Origin: a virus
Strand: one strand, 5' to 3'
Virus record (IMG/VR): IMGVR_UViG_3300037423_000623
Coordinates: 1-39,216 of that record
Length of the DNA: 39,216 nucleotides
Made by a program: the position numbers and the translations under genes. How positions within the stretch are numbered: the first letter of the stretch is position 1; each line of letters begins with the position of its first letter. This document shows positions 14,227 through 23,461 of the stretch, piece after piece. Under the pieces are notes generated by a model that saw nothing but the letters and a program-made list of their open reading frames with translations, did no database searches and was not told the origin of the DNA.

Positions 14227-16562
14227 TGGCTGACTACAGCACGACAGAAGCCGCGCCCGACGACGAGAGCGCCGACGACACCGCGGCGACCTCGGTCAAC
14301 AACGGTAGGTCGGCTAAGTCGTATCTGGCGTTGATCGCGCACGCTCGTCGCGCGTTCAAATCGTACAACGACCGGTGCGACAACATCGAGCTTCAGCTTG
14401 CCAATCTGGAACGCCTGGCAAAGGCGACCCGTGATCGCGAATATGCGATGTTCTGGGCAAACCTGGAGGTTCTGAAGCCGTCCGTCTATTCGCGCCCGCC
14501 CGTGCCCGTGGTGACGACGCGTTTCAATGATCGCCGGCCGGCGCACCGCGAAGCCTGCGAGGTGCTGGAACGCTGCTCGATCGTCAATTTTGAGCGGGAA
14601 GATATCGACGGCACCATGAGGCTCATCCGTGACGACCTCGTGGTCAACGCGCGCGGTGTGGCTTGGTGCTGGTATGAGATCGACGAGAAGAAGCAGCAGC
14701 GCGCCCGCGTCGCGCACGTCAGCCGCAAGGACTTCCTGCACGACGCATCGGCCCGCTACTGGTCGGAAGTCGGCTGGGTGGCTCGCTGCACCTGGCTGAC
14801 CCGCAAGGAAGCTCGCAAGCGATTCGGCAAGTATTCCGGCAATGCCTATTCCGACGCGGCCTTTGCCAAGCAGAAGGACGCAGATGGCAACGCCGAGCAG
14901 GCATCAACGGCCGAGTTCTGGGAGCTGTGGCACAAGGGCGAACAGCGCATCGTGTGGGTTAGCGCCGGCTGTGACAACGTGCTCGACGAGGCCAAGCCTG
15001 AAGAGATGCTGCAGCTCGACGACTTCTACCCGTGTCCGCGCCCGTCGTACGGCACGCTGAAGAAAGACACGCTGCAGCCAGTCCCCGATTTCCTGTTCTA
15101 CAAGGATCAAATCGAGGAAGTGAACGAGCTGACGGCGCGCATCTCGTCGCTATCGGAATCGCTCAGGCTGAAAGGCTTCTATGCCGGCGGCGCCGAGGAT
15201 CTGGCCGACGCTATCGAAAAGGCCGTCAAGACCACCAACAACAACGCGATCCTGATACCGGTTTCGAACTTCGCCGCAATCGGCGGCCAGGGGATGAAGG
15301 AATCGATCGTCTGGCTTCCGCTCGACGTGGTGGCCACGACCATCCAGGCATGCATCAACATCCGCAAGCAGTTGATCGACGACATCTACCAGATCACCGG
15401 GCTTTCCGACGTGATGCGCGGCGCGACCAACCCGAACGAAACGCTTGGCGCGCAGCAGCTCAAAAGCCAGTACGGTTCGATCCGCGTTCGCGACAAGCAG
15501 TTCGAGCTGGTGCGCATCGCGCGCGACATCACCCGAATTCAGGGCGAGATCATCGCCGAGAATTTCACGCCCGAGACGCTGCTGGCGATGTCGCAGAGTG
15601 ACATCCCGACCGTCCAGCAGTTGCAGGAGAAGGCCAACAGCATCCATCAGCAGATGATTGCGCTTCAGGGCAAGGTCAAGATGGCTGCACAGGACCCCCA
15701 GGCCATGCAGATTGCTCAGCAGAACCCGGAGCAGGCCGGCCAGCTTGTGCAACAGGCTCAGCAGCAGATGAGCGCGTTTGAGGGGCAAATCCAGGACCTG
15801 CAGAACACGGTCACCATCGAGGCAGTGGCGGCGCTCCTGAGAGACCAGCGCTTGCGTCCCTTCATCATGGACATCGAGACGGATTCGACGATCCAGCCCG
15901 ACGAGGATGCCGCAAAGCAGCGCGTCACCGAATACACGACTGCGGTGGGCGGCTTCATCGCTCAGTCCTTCCCCATGGTGCAGGCCGCGCCGCAATTGGC
16001 ACCCTTCGTTGGCGAGATGCTGAAATTCGTGTCCTCGCCCTTCAGGGCCGGCCGCGCGCTTGATGGCGCGATCGACGACCTGGTTGAGCAGATGCAGGAA
16101 TACGCCAAGCAGCCGAAGCCGGACCCGAACGCGGCAAGGGCTCAGGCCGATGCTCAGGCGCAAGAGAGGGAAATGCAGTTCAAGCAGCAGGAGGCCGAGC
16201 AGAAGGCGGCTTCCAGCGCGCAGGAGCTCGAATTCCGAAAGCAGAGCCATCAGATGACCATGGCTGAAAAGACCATGGACCTGCGGGCGAAGCGGCAGCA
16301 GGCAAACATCGACCAGAACAACGCGCTGATCGCACAGGGCCTGCCGCCTCAGCCCGATACGGAGATCGACGATCACCGCGCCATGCTCGCGCAGATGGCG
16401 TCCGATCGCGAGCAGACAAACGCGCTGCTCGCCGCGCTCACCCAGGCGCTGACCGCGCCCAAGCGCATCGTGAGGGACGGCACCGGCAAGCCTGTCGGCG
16501 TTGAAGCCGTTCCGACCCAGAGCCCAGGAGCACAGCCAAATGGCAACAACTTCGGAAATTGA
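14223..16562 (+). CDS. Portal protein (779 aa, Gln-rich helical C-terminal region)
   Basis: Large ORF directly coupled to terL (ATGA at 14223). Size and position are typical of podovirus portals with a C-terminal barrel. No motif-level proof. Confidence 0.75.
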   Translation: MMADYSTTEAAPDDESADDTAATSVNNGRSAKSYLALIAHARRAFKSYNDRCDNIELQLANLERLAKATRDREYAMFWANLEVLKPSVYSRPPVPVVTTRFNDRRPAHREACEVLERCSIVNFEREDIDGTMRLIRDDLVVNARGVAWCWYEIDEKKQQRARVAHVSRKDFLHDASARYWSEVGWVARCTWLTRKEARKRFGKYSGNAYSDAAFAKQKDADGNAEQASTAEFWELWHKGEQRIVWVSAGCDNVLDEAKPEEMLQLDDFYPCPRPSYGTLKKDTLQPVPDFLFYKDQIEEVNELTARISSLSESLRLKGFYAGGAEDLADAIEKAVKTTNNNAILIPVSNFAAIGGQGMKESIVWLPLDVVATTIQACINIRKQLIDDIYQITGLSDVMRGATNPNETLGAQQLKSQYGSIRVRDKQFELVRIARDITRIQGEIIAENFTPETLLAMSQSDIPTVQQLQEKANSIHQQMIALQGKVKMAAQDPQAMQIAQQNPEQAGQLVQQAQQQMSAFEGQIQDLQNTVTIEAVAALLRDQRLRPFIMDIETDSTIQPDEDAAKQRVTEYTTAVGGFIAQSFPMVQAAPQLAPFVGEMLKFVSSPFRAGRALDGAIDDLVEQMQEYAKQPKPDPNAARAQADAQAQEREMQFKQQEAEQKAASSAQELEFRKQSHQMTMAEKTMDLRAKRQQANIDQNNALIAQGLPPQPDTEIDDHRAMLAQMASDREQTNALLAALTQALTAPKRIVRDGTGKPVGVEAVPTQSPGAQPNGNNFGN

Positions 16563-16821
16563 CGTTGGCATGAATGCAATCGCCCAACGCCTGTACGACC
16601 AGCGGCAGGTGATGCTGAAGGTAAAGCAGAACGCCAGCACGGCATCGGCGGCTCTAGCCGCGATCCCGACCGACTTTGCGGCGATCATCTCGGCCGTTCA
16701 GGCGTTCGGCACCACCGACCCTTACGCGGCCGCAGTGAAGGCGAAGCTTGCGAAGCTGACGACAGAATTCAACGCGCTGAAAACGGTCGCCGACGCCGTG
16801 TCTGGTGCGAACCTCGGCTGA
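16540..16821 (+). CDS. Hypothetical protein (93 aa)
   Basis: Trimmed to ATG 16540, preceded by AGGAG. Helical, Ala-rich. Confidence 0.5.
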   Translation: MATTSEIDVGMNAIAQRLYDQRQVMLKVKQNASTASAALAAIPTDFAAIISAVQAFGTTDPYAAAVKAKLAKLTTEFNALKTVADAVSGANLG

Positions 16822-16824
16822 TCG

Positions 16825-17550
16825 ATGTTCGACGGCCAGTTCTACCCGTTTCAGCCCATCCAGTTCATGGATGGCCTGGCCGCGCCTATGATCGGCATGA
16901 ACCAATTTGCCACTTTCTTTTCCGAGTACGCTGTGGGCGCACAGCCGTCCGATTGGACAAGCCGATACGGAACCGGGTTCACCGCGCTTGTGCAGACCGT
17001 CGCCGGCTCCTTGGGCGGTAAGGCGCTTCGCTGGACGAAAACAGGTGCTGCTCGGCAAGGCCTATCCTGGGACAGAATTCCGGCCGTAGCAGATATCGAA
17101 GTGTTGATGAGGCTGCGCGCCATTGAAGCGTATGCCTCTTCCGAAAACTTCTTGTGCGCATACACAAGAGGCGCTGGGGCGCTAGGCTCTGAAACCGGTT
17201 GGAGAGGCGCGGTTTCCGGGATCACCACGACCACATTGGCCGTCAGCAACTTGAACAAGTATGTTTCTGGCACGCTCACCACGGTTGGCATTTCGGGCGA
17301 TGATATTCCCTCTCCCGACTACGTTGTGAATAACTGGCTGTGGCATCGCCTCCGGGTCAACGGATCTACCATCCAAAGAAAGACGTGGCATCACGGGGCG
17401 TCCGAGCCGGGAGCTTGGGACGATACTGTCACTGACGCGTCTGTTCCCAGCGCTGGTTGGACCGGCCTGCAACAGGTTTCCGCCAATCCGGACAGTGAAT
17501 GTGACTTCTTTAGCGTCGGGATCAACGGCGCCGTAGCGCTGGGGCCGTAA
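16825..17550 (+). CDS. Hypothetical virion-module protein, beta-rich, possibly ConA/LamG-like jelly roll
   Basis: Pattern ...GKALRWTKTG...LMRLRA...WLWHRLRVNGSTIQRKTWHHGASEPGAWD...GWTGL...FFSVG. The fold call is by eye only. Confidence 0.35.
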   Translation: MFDGQFYPFQPIQFMDGLAAPMIGMNQFATFFSEYAVGAQPSDWTSRYGTGFTALVQTVAGSLGGKALRWTKTGAARQGLSWDRIPAVADIEVLMRLRAIEAYASSENFLCAYTRGAGALGSETGWRGAVSGITTTTLAVSNLNKYVSGTLTTVGISGDDIPSPDYVVNNWLWHRLRVNGSTIQRKTWHHGASEPGAWDDTVTDASVPSAGWTGLQQVSANPDSECDFFSVGINGAVALGP

Positions 17551-18711
17551 ATGCGAATTCCCTCCGGCAAGATCGATCAGGTTATCTACTTCGTCGCGGT
17601 CGACAGCGTTGATCTGAAAACCCGCAAAACCGGCCTGACCTCATTCACGGTCTACCGCAGCCGCAATGGCGGCACGGCCACGGTCTACACCACGCCAACG
17701 ATCACTGAGTTGTCGGCCGCGAACATGCCGGGCGTCTATTCGCTGCTGATCGATGAGGACACCACCATTGCCTCGACCTCAGACGCCGAGGAGCAGGTGC
17801 TGCACATCACGCAGGCCTCGATGGCGCCCGTAACGCGCGTCATTGAGCTTTTCCGCCGCGACACGACATCGGGCCGCACAGCCACGGTGGATGCGAATGG
17901 CCGCGTCGACGTTGGCAGCATCAGCGGCACGGCGCAGACCGCGCGCGACATCGGCGCGAGTGTTCTGCTGTCGTCCGGCACCGGAACAGGCCAGGTGAGC
18001 CTCACAGCGGGCGTGGTAGCGGCCAACGCCACGCAGATCGCGGGCGCGGCGGTGAACACTGCCAACGCGCAGCTCGGCGTCAACGTCGTCAATGCTGGCG
18101 GCACCGCGTGGAACTCGGGTGCCATCACGGCCAACACCTTCGCTGCCGGCGCGATCACAGCGGCCAAGTTCGCTGCGAACGCCCTCGACGCGGTATGGTC
18201 GACGACGACGCGGCTGCTGACCGCTGGCACCAACATCGTGCTTGCCAAGGGAACGGGCATCACCGGCTTGAACGATCTTTCGGCTGCGCAGGTGAACGCA
18301 GAGGCCGATACCGCGCTTGCCGATGCCGGGGTGACAACGACCGTCACCAGCAGGATCGACGCCGCAATCTCGACCAGGCTGGCCTCGGGCAGCTATACCG
18401 CGCCGGACAACGCCAGTATCGCCGCCATCAAGGGCAAGACGGACAATCTGCCGGCCGCTCCTGCCGCAGTGGGCGACGTTCCGACAGCAGCGGCGAATGC
18501 GGCGGCCTTGCTAGACGGAGCGGCCGGCGTCGAAAGCGGTATGACGGTACGGCAAGCTCTCCGGCTGTTCGGGGCGGCGCTGCTCGGCAAGGCCAGTGGG
18601 CTGGCAACGTCCACGGTCAAGTTCCGCGACACGAACGACACCAAGGACAGGATTTCCGCTCAGGTCGACGCGGACGGCAACAGGTATTCGGTCACGCTGG
18701 ACCCGAGCTGA
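17551..18711 (+). CDS. Ala/Thr-rich fibre-like structural protein (386 aa)
   Basis: Low-complexity, repetitive segments (GAITANTFAAGAITAAKFAANAL; AQVNAEADTALAD; IAAIKGKTDNLP) and a C-terminal globular part. The start abuts the previous stop (TAAATG). Confidence 0.4.
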   Translation: MRIPSGKIDQVIYFVAVDSVDLKTRKTGLTSFTVYRSRNGGTATVYTTPTITELSAANMPGVYSLLIDEDTTIASTSDAEEQVLHITQASMAPVTRVIELFRRDTTSGRTATVDANGRVDVGSISGTAQTARDIGASVLLSSGTGTGQVSLTAGVVAANATQIAGAAVNTANAQLGVNVVNAGGTAWNSGAITANTFAAGAITAAKFAANALDAVWSTTTRLLTAGTNIVLAKGTGITGLNDLSAAQVNAEADTALADAGVTTTVTSRIDAAISTRLASGSYTAPDNASIAAIKGKTDNLPAAPAAVGDVPTAAANAAALLDGAAGVESGMTVRQALRLFGAALLGKASGLATSTVKFRDTNDTKDRISAQVDADGNRYSVTLDPS

Positions 18712-19109
18712 TGTTTGCTGATCGCTTTTTCGGCGCCCGGTACTTCGGCAATCGGTACTTCGGGCCGGTCGGCAGTGCGCTTCAGCCGTTCCTGCACGAT
18801 ACCCACGACGGCAAGCCGCAAGTCTGGGATTTTACCGAAGGCGAGCGCGACGAGGAACGACGCCGGCTCACGGCTCGAGGAAATGCAGAGGCTCGCCGCC
18901 TGGCGGTGCGCAATGCGTTCCGAAAGGCCAACGGCGAACTCGATGCCGAAGAGATGGCGCGGCAGGCCCTCGCCGCGGTGCCGCCGCCGGTCAACACGCC
19001 ACCCGCCGTGCGGGACGCCTACCGGCGAATGATCGCGGATCTGGCGCAACAGAGGATCGAGCAGAACGAGGACGATGAAACGGTCGCTCTCCTGCTGCTC
19101 GCAGCCTAA
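18711..19109 (+). CDS. Hypothetical protein with N-terminal FGARYFGNRYFG repeat (132 aa)
   Basis: Trimmed from track ORF 18108..19109, whose first 200 aa are an Arg/Gly alternate frame. ATG 18711 shares a base with the previous stop. Confidence 0.5.
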   Translation: MFADRFFGARYFGNRYFGPVGSALQPFLHDTHDGKPQVWDFTEGERDEERRRLTARGNAEARRLAVRNAFRKANGELDAEEMARQALAAVPPPVNTPPAVRDAYRRMIADLAQQRIEQNEDDETVALLLLAA

Positions 19110-19115
19110 AGGACA

Positions 19116-19370
19116 ATGGACATGATGAACCCTGTAACGTGGCTCGGCTTCGTCATCAGCGCTTGCGTGTTCGCAGTCGTCTTTCTCGGCGGCATCATCG
19201 TCTATGGCGGTGAGTTTTCGCGCGATGCAGCGCTAGCGGCGGCCTTCCTGGGCTGCATCTCGCAATTCATCGGCCAGGATCAGCGGACCTACAAGCAGTC
19301 CATTTACGCCGCCTATGCGGGCTTCGTTCTGGCCGGCGTGGCTCTGCTGCTATTCATGGCGGGTCGTTAG
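19116..19370 (+). CDS. Small membrane protein, about 3 TM segments (84 aa)
   Basis: Hydrophobic stretches VTWLGFVISACVFAVVFLGGIIVY, ALAAAFLGCISQFI and IYAAYAGFVLAGVALLLFMAG. N-terminus is MDMM. AAGGA SD. Confidence 0.6.
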   Translation: MDMMNPVTWLGFVISACVFAVVFLGGIIVYGGEFSRDAALAAAFLGCISQFIGQDQRTYKQSIYAAYAGFVLAGVALLLFMAGR

Positions 19371-19380
19371 AGGAATTCGG

Positions 19381-20595
19381 ATGACGCTAATCCGCTCTCC
19401 GATCCACAGCCCTATCCGCTCACCAATACGAGGCCCGCTGGATGGGAAGTGGGGCTTGGCCGACCCTCTCGGCGCCTGGCTCCTCAACGCCACCTATGCC
19501 GACTACGACGCCCGCAAGCTCGACCGGCAGTTTCAGGACAGCACCGGGCAGACAGCGGTAACGGCATCCGGCGACAAGGTAGGGCTGTGGCTGGATGGCT
19601 CACAGTTCGGCACCAAGACGCTGGCGCAGGTGGTTGCGGGGCAGGCGGAGCTTAACCTCAATCCTGGACCGTTTGCCAATGCCATTGGTTATACCGCGTC
19701 ATCCGGTACGCTTGCCATCGTAGGCGATGAGATCGAGCAGACCACTTCTGCCGCTGCCGCCAGCGTTGTTTCCATACCCGTGACGACAGTCGTTGGGCAG
19801 TTCTATGTCTTGCAATATGATGCACATCGAGGGTCTTCCTCGACCATAAGCATTCAGGCGGGCACAGCGGCTGCTGGCGGCGCAATCGCATCAGCCACCA
19901 TTTCGAGCGCAACGTCCGTTACCGGGCAGATCATCTTCAAGGCGACGACCACTACCACCTACCTCCAGATGGTGAATAACCAAGCGGTGGCGGGCAGGAC
20001 TGGATACGTTCGCCAACTCTCCTGCAAGGCCATCCCCGGCAACCACGGCCTGCAAGGCACAGCCAACTCCCGTCTCAACTACTTTGTCTCCGGAAGCCGC
20101 ATCAGCCTTACGGCAGACGCGCTCGATGACAACCTGCTGTCTTCGTATCTGGCCGGGCCAGGGGCCAATAGCATCCTTTTCGATATTGATGTGCCGGCGA
20201 CGGTTTCTGCCTCACAGGTTGTCATCGGTATGTCCGGCTCGGCAACCGCGCGGCTTTCTCTCGGCATCAACACATCGGGGCAACTCTGTGCCGGTGTAGG
20301 CAGTGATGCGAACACCACCATCGTTGGGTCGACGGATTGGCGAGGCCAAAGGCTTATCGCGGCTCTCTCCGCCGATGGGAGCACGGTGAAGCTGCTTACC
20401 GCCAATGGCGAGGAATATTCGGCCGCTCAGAACGGATCGCCGACGACCACCATTCCTGCCCGCCTAGCCGCGAACAACAACAATGGCACCGGCTCAAGCT
20501 TCTTCGGTGGCGGTATCGCTCGCGCCATCATCGCGCAGAAAGCAATGGACCTCGCCACCTTCAACGCGATCCGCAACCAGCTTCTGGCATCCTAG
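19381..20595 (+). CDS. Putative receptor-binding/fibre protein with LamG-like C-terminal domain (404 aa)
   Basis: N-terminal SPIH-SPIR-SPIR repeat. The C-terminal part, ...ANSILFDIDVP...VVIGMSG...RLSLGINTSGQLCAGVG...LIAALSADGSTVKLLTANG...SSFFGGGIARAIIAQKAMD, resembles Laminin_G_3 domains. GAGGA SD before ATG 19381. Confidence 0.5.
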   Translation: MTLIRSPIHSPIRSPIRGPLDGKWGLADPLGAWLLNATYADYDARKLDRQFQDSTGQTAVTASGDKVGLWLDGSQFGTKTLAQVVAGQAELNLNPGPFANAIGYTASSGTLAIVGDEIEQTTSAAAASVVSIPVTTVVGQFYVLQYDAHRGSSSTISIQAGTAAAGGAIASATISSATSVTGQIIFKATTTTTYLQMVNNQAVAGRTGYVRQLSCKAIPGNHGLQGTANSRLNYFVSGSRISLTADALDDNLLSSYLAGPGANSILFDIDVPATVSASQVVIGMSGSATARLSLGINTSGQLCAGVGSDANTTIVGSTDWRGQRLIAALSADGSTVKLLTANGEEYSAAQNGSPTTTIPARLAANNNNGTGSSFFGGGIARAIIAQKAMDLATFNAIRNQLLAS

Positions 20596-20605
20596 GAGGG
20601 CCACC

Positions 20606-20992
20606 ATGGACGATATCCAATACATCGTGTTCGCCATCCCTGTGGCCTTCGGCGAGGTCATGAACCGCGTCTGGAACCAGATCAACAACGACAGCGGCGA
20701 CAACCTCTCGCAGCGCTTCTCTGCCAATGGGCAGGAACCGGCCTCGCATCTCATCGGCGGCCTGCCGATCGATGATGCCACCAAGGCCACCTATCCCTAT
20801 TCCAAGACGGCAGACTTCACGCTCGACCCGCTTGGTCCTGCCGGCCCCTATACGCGGCAGCAGGTCGATGATGCCGTGGCCGCGCTGGAAAGCGTCCTGC
20901 TCACCGGCCCGACGCTTGGAGAAGCCGGCCCGCAAGCGCTGGAGACCATCTGCACGCTCATGGGCATTCAGCGCATCGTACTCCCGGAATAA
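20606..20992 (+). CDS. Hypothetical protein (128 aa)
   Basis: Trimmed to ATG 20606, preceded by AGGAGGG. Confidence 0.5.
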   Translation: MDDIQYIVFAIPVAFGEVMNRVWNQINNDSGDNLSQRFSANGQEPASHLIGGLPIDDATKATYPYSKTADFTLDPLGPAGPYTRQQVDDAVAALESVLLTGPTLGEAGPQALETICTLMGIQRIVLPE

Positions 20993-21597
20993 CCATCCCC
21001 CGGCAACCTCCCTTTAAAAGGACTGTTGTTCTGGGTGATTTCGGCGGCAGTCTCGACGGCGGCGCGACGCTTCAATTCCTTCTTGGCCTGCGGAATCGTC
21101 TTCTCGCCAGTCTTCACCTCGGCGAGAAGAGCGGGATCGGCCTGTTCAATTGCTTTCGCGTCCTGCACGTAGCGAGCGCTGGTCCCAACGGACGCGGCCG
21201 CCTTATCGCGGGCTTTTCCGTTGGTGGCGACGGTTACCGGCTTCGCAGTTTCGGCAACAGGTGGTGGAAATGTTGCCACCACCTGACCGACCTGCTCACC
21301 CGGTTTAGCTCGACTGGCCTCCTGCCGGATCTTAGCGGCCTTTGCCTCTTCCTTTTCGATATCAAGAGCAATCGCCGCGCGCTGCGACGAAGTGAGGTCG
21401 CGGCGCTTGAGGTTCTTGCTGACCACGAATGCCAGCGGGTCGGTGCCTTGGAATTCGACGCGCGGATATTCGATACCGAGCTCACGGGCGATCTCGTACC
21501 GGTTGCGCCCGTCGAGGATGTATTCGCCAAGGAAGACGATCGGCTCAAGGACGACTCCAACCTCAGGAGCGCCAATAGATGGCCACAGGAACCACAA
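20968..21597 (-). CDS. ParB-like protein, paralog 3, antisense to the structural genes and short at the N-terminus
   Basis: PIVFLGEYILDGRNRYEIARELGIEYPRVEF...FVVSKNLKRRDLTSSQRAAIAL is the ParB N-domain core plus HTH region. Only a TTG start is available. An in-frame TAA lies 5 codons upstream and no SD is at a normal distance. Confidence 0.6.
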   Translation of the reverse strand: MWFLWPSIGAPEVGVVLEPIVFLGEYILDGRNRYEIARELGIEYPRVEFQGTDPLAFVVSKNLKRRDLTSSQRAAIALDIEKEEAKAAKIRQEASRAKPGEQVGQVVATFPPPVAETAKPVTVATNGKARDKAAASVGTSARYVQDAKAIEQADPALLAEVKTGEKTIPQAKKELKRRAAVETAAEITQNNSPFKGRLPGDGYSGSTMR

Positions 21598-21660
21598 GCG
21601 GTACCGGCGCGCTTACTGCGGTCCCGTTGAACACCTCCAATCGAAACCGGAGCCACCGAA

Positions 21661-21924
21661 ATGGCAATTCAGGTAGTTGAATCCCTATCCGCGACCGGGG
21701 CAGGCTCGCCCGTCTCCGGGTCCGGCCCGGTGGACATTTCCTTGAGCGGGACCTGGGTCGGAACCGTCACTGCGCAGCGTCAGATCGGAGGGTCCTGGCG
21801 CGATGTGCAATCCTACACCCAGAACGGCGAGTTTGTGATGGAAAACGCCACGGCGCTCTCGGTTCGGCTGAACTTCACGCGCACTTCTGGCACCGTCGAT
21901 ACGGTGCTTGCTACCTCGATCTGA
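21661..21924 (+). CDS. Hypothetical beta-rich protein (87 aa)
   Basis: Complete ATG ORF after a 63-bp divergent gap. Confidence 0.5.
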   Translation: MAIQVVESLSATGAGSPVSGSGPVDISLSGTWVGTVTAQRQIGGSWRDVQSYTQNGEFVMENATALSVRLNFTRTSGTVDTVLATSI

Positions 21925-21936
21925 GCGGCCCTTGGC

Positions 21937-22272
21937 ATGAGCGAATACGCATGGTTTGACCTTGATGGGCGGAAGGTCTTTCGCAAGATCGAGACAGCCC
22001 GGCCGAAACGCTCGCATCTCTGCGCGCCGTCGATCAATTCGGACACCATGTCCGAAACGCAGTCGATGCTGGACGGCAAAGTCTACACGTCGAAGGCCAA
22101 GCTTCGGCAAACCTATCGTGAGGCCGGCGTGGTTGAAGTCGGCAACGATCCGCAGCGCTTCAAGCGCGAGCGACCGGAACCTGACCGGAAGGTGATCAGG
22201 GAGACGATCCGCAAGGCGGCATCGGACTTCAACAACGGGCGCCGGTTCGATCCGAAGCCTGTCCAAGCCTAA
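21937..22272 (+). CDS. Hypothetical protein (111 aa)
   Basis: Complete ATG ORF, basic, directly upstream of the scaffold gene. Confidence 0.5.
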   Translation: MSEYAWFDLDGRKVFRKIETARPKRSHLCAPSINSDTMSETQSMLDGKVYTSKAKLRQTYREAGVVEVGNDPQRFKRERPEPDRKVIRETIRKAASDFNNGRRFDPKPVQA

Positions 22273-22275
22273 CCC

Positions 22276-22299
22276 GCATTCCCTCAGACGGAGAGACTG
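22276..22299 (+). promoter_or_regulatory. Conserved late-leader motif, copy 2 (upstream of scaffold gene)
   Basis: GCATTCCCTCAGACGGAGAGACTG then ATG. 18/20 identical to 25022-25041. Confidence 0.45.
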
Positions 22300-23436
22300 A
22301 TGACTGACGAAGCCCTTGGGGCGTCGGTAGATACCGGCGCTATGCCCTCGACTGCACCCGTTGCCGATGTCGCGCAGCCCGCGATCGACACGAGCACACA
22401 GCAGCCAGGAACGGAGCCAGGCAGAGACAACACTGCACCGGCCAAGCCGAAGTTGGAGGCCTCGCCGCGCAGCGCCATCGAGCGCGCCATGGCGAAGCTG
22501 AACGGCGAGCAGGAGCGCGACCCTGCCACCGGCCAGTTCAAGGGCAAGGACGCGCCGCAGGCACCCAAGGACAACCAGCCGCCGCCGAAGACGCAGCCGC
22601 AGCAGCAGACCGCTCAGCCGAAGCCAGGCGATCAGCAGCAGACCCCGCAGCCAAAGGCGACCGGGCAGGAATCCGGCGAGGCACCTGCCCGCTTCAAGAG
22701 CGACGCTGCTGCGATGCAGGAATGGGCCAAGACACCGGCTCCGGTGCAGGCTGCTATTCACCGGACCGTGCGCGAGCTCGAGAAGGGCATCGAGCAGCAC
22801 CGCGCCGATGCTCAGGCCTTCAACGAGGTGCGCGCATTCGACGAACTGGCGAAGAAGAGCGGCACCACCATGCAGGCCGCCATGTCGAACTACGTCGGGA
22901 TCGAAATGCTGCTGCGGCAGGATCCGATCGCCGGCATGGAGCAAATCGCCAACAACATCGGCTTTTCGCTGCGTGATCTGGCCGCGCACATCATGGGCCA
23001 GCAACCCGACCAGGTGCAGAGCCAGAACGACGCCACCATTCGCGAACTGCGGCAGGAAATCGCCTCGCTCAAGCAGAGCATCGGCGGCGTCAACAATACG
23101 CTTTCGCAGCAGGCCCAGACGGCCCTCGAAAGGCAACTCACGGAATTCTCGTCTGAGCATCCTCGCATCGAGGAACTGTCAGACGAAATCATTCGGCAGA
23201 TCAACGCAGGTTTCGATCTGCCGGAAGCTTACCGGCGTGCGGAGATGCTTAACCCGCTCCCCGCCGCTCCGGTCATCGCAGAGCCTCAGACGCTCGCACT
23301 CGATCCCGCGCCTCAGACGCGAAAGGGCTCACTCACCACCCAAGGAGCACCGAATGCCGGCTCAAACCCGGGCAAGCGGGGTTCCTCCACCTCAATCCGC
23401 GATGCCATCCGAAACGCCCGCGCGGCAATCGGGTAA
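22300..23436 (+). CDS. Scaffolding protein (Pro/Gln-rich N-terminus, helical C-terminus)
   Basis: Positioned immediately before the capsid gene. Low-complexity PQ-rich and coiled-coil composition. Confidence 0.6.
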   Translation: MTDEALGASVDTGAMPSTAPVADVAQPAIDTSTQQPGTEPGRDNTAPAKPKLEASPRSAIERAMAKLNGEQERDPATGQFKGKDAPQAPKDNQPPPKTQPQQQTAQPKPGDQQQTPQPKATGQESGEAPARFKSDAAAMQEWAKTPAPVQAAIHRTVRELEKGIEQHRADAQAFNEVRAFDELAKKSGTTMQAAMSNYVGIEMLLRQDPIAGMEQIANNIGFSLRDLAAHIMGQQPDQVQSQNDATIRELRQEIASLKQSIGGVNNTLSQQAQTALERQLTEFSSEHPRIEELSDEIIRQINAGFDLPEAYRRAEMLNPLPAAPVIAEPQTLALDPAPQTRKGSLTTQGAPNAGSNPGKRGSSTSIRDAIRNARAAIG

Positions 23437-23461
23437 TCGCATTCGATAGGAGAACGCCAAA

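Noticed and set aside
6509-21597. Phage-plasmid lifestyle suggested by three ParB-like genes.
   Set aside because: There is no ParA/Walker partition ATPase, no plasmid-type Rep and no parS-like repeat array. An integrase/excisionase pair is present.
23284-23320. Two extra CCTCAGACG copies resembling the conserved late-leader motif.
   Set aside because: They lie inside the scaffold coding frame as repeated Pro-Gln-Thr codons (…EPQTLALDPAPQTRKG…), lack the flanking GCAYYC and SD parts, and are not followed by a start codon.
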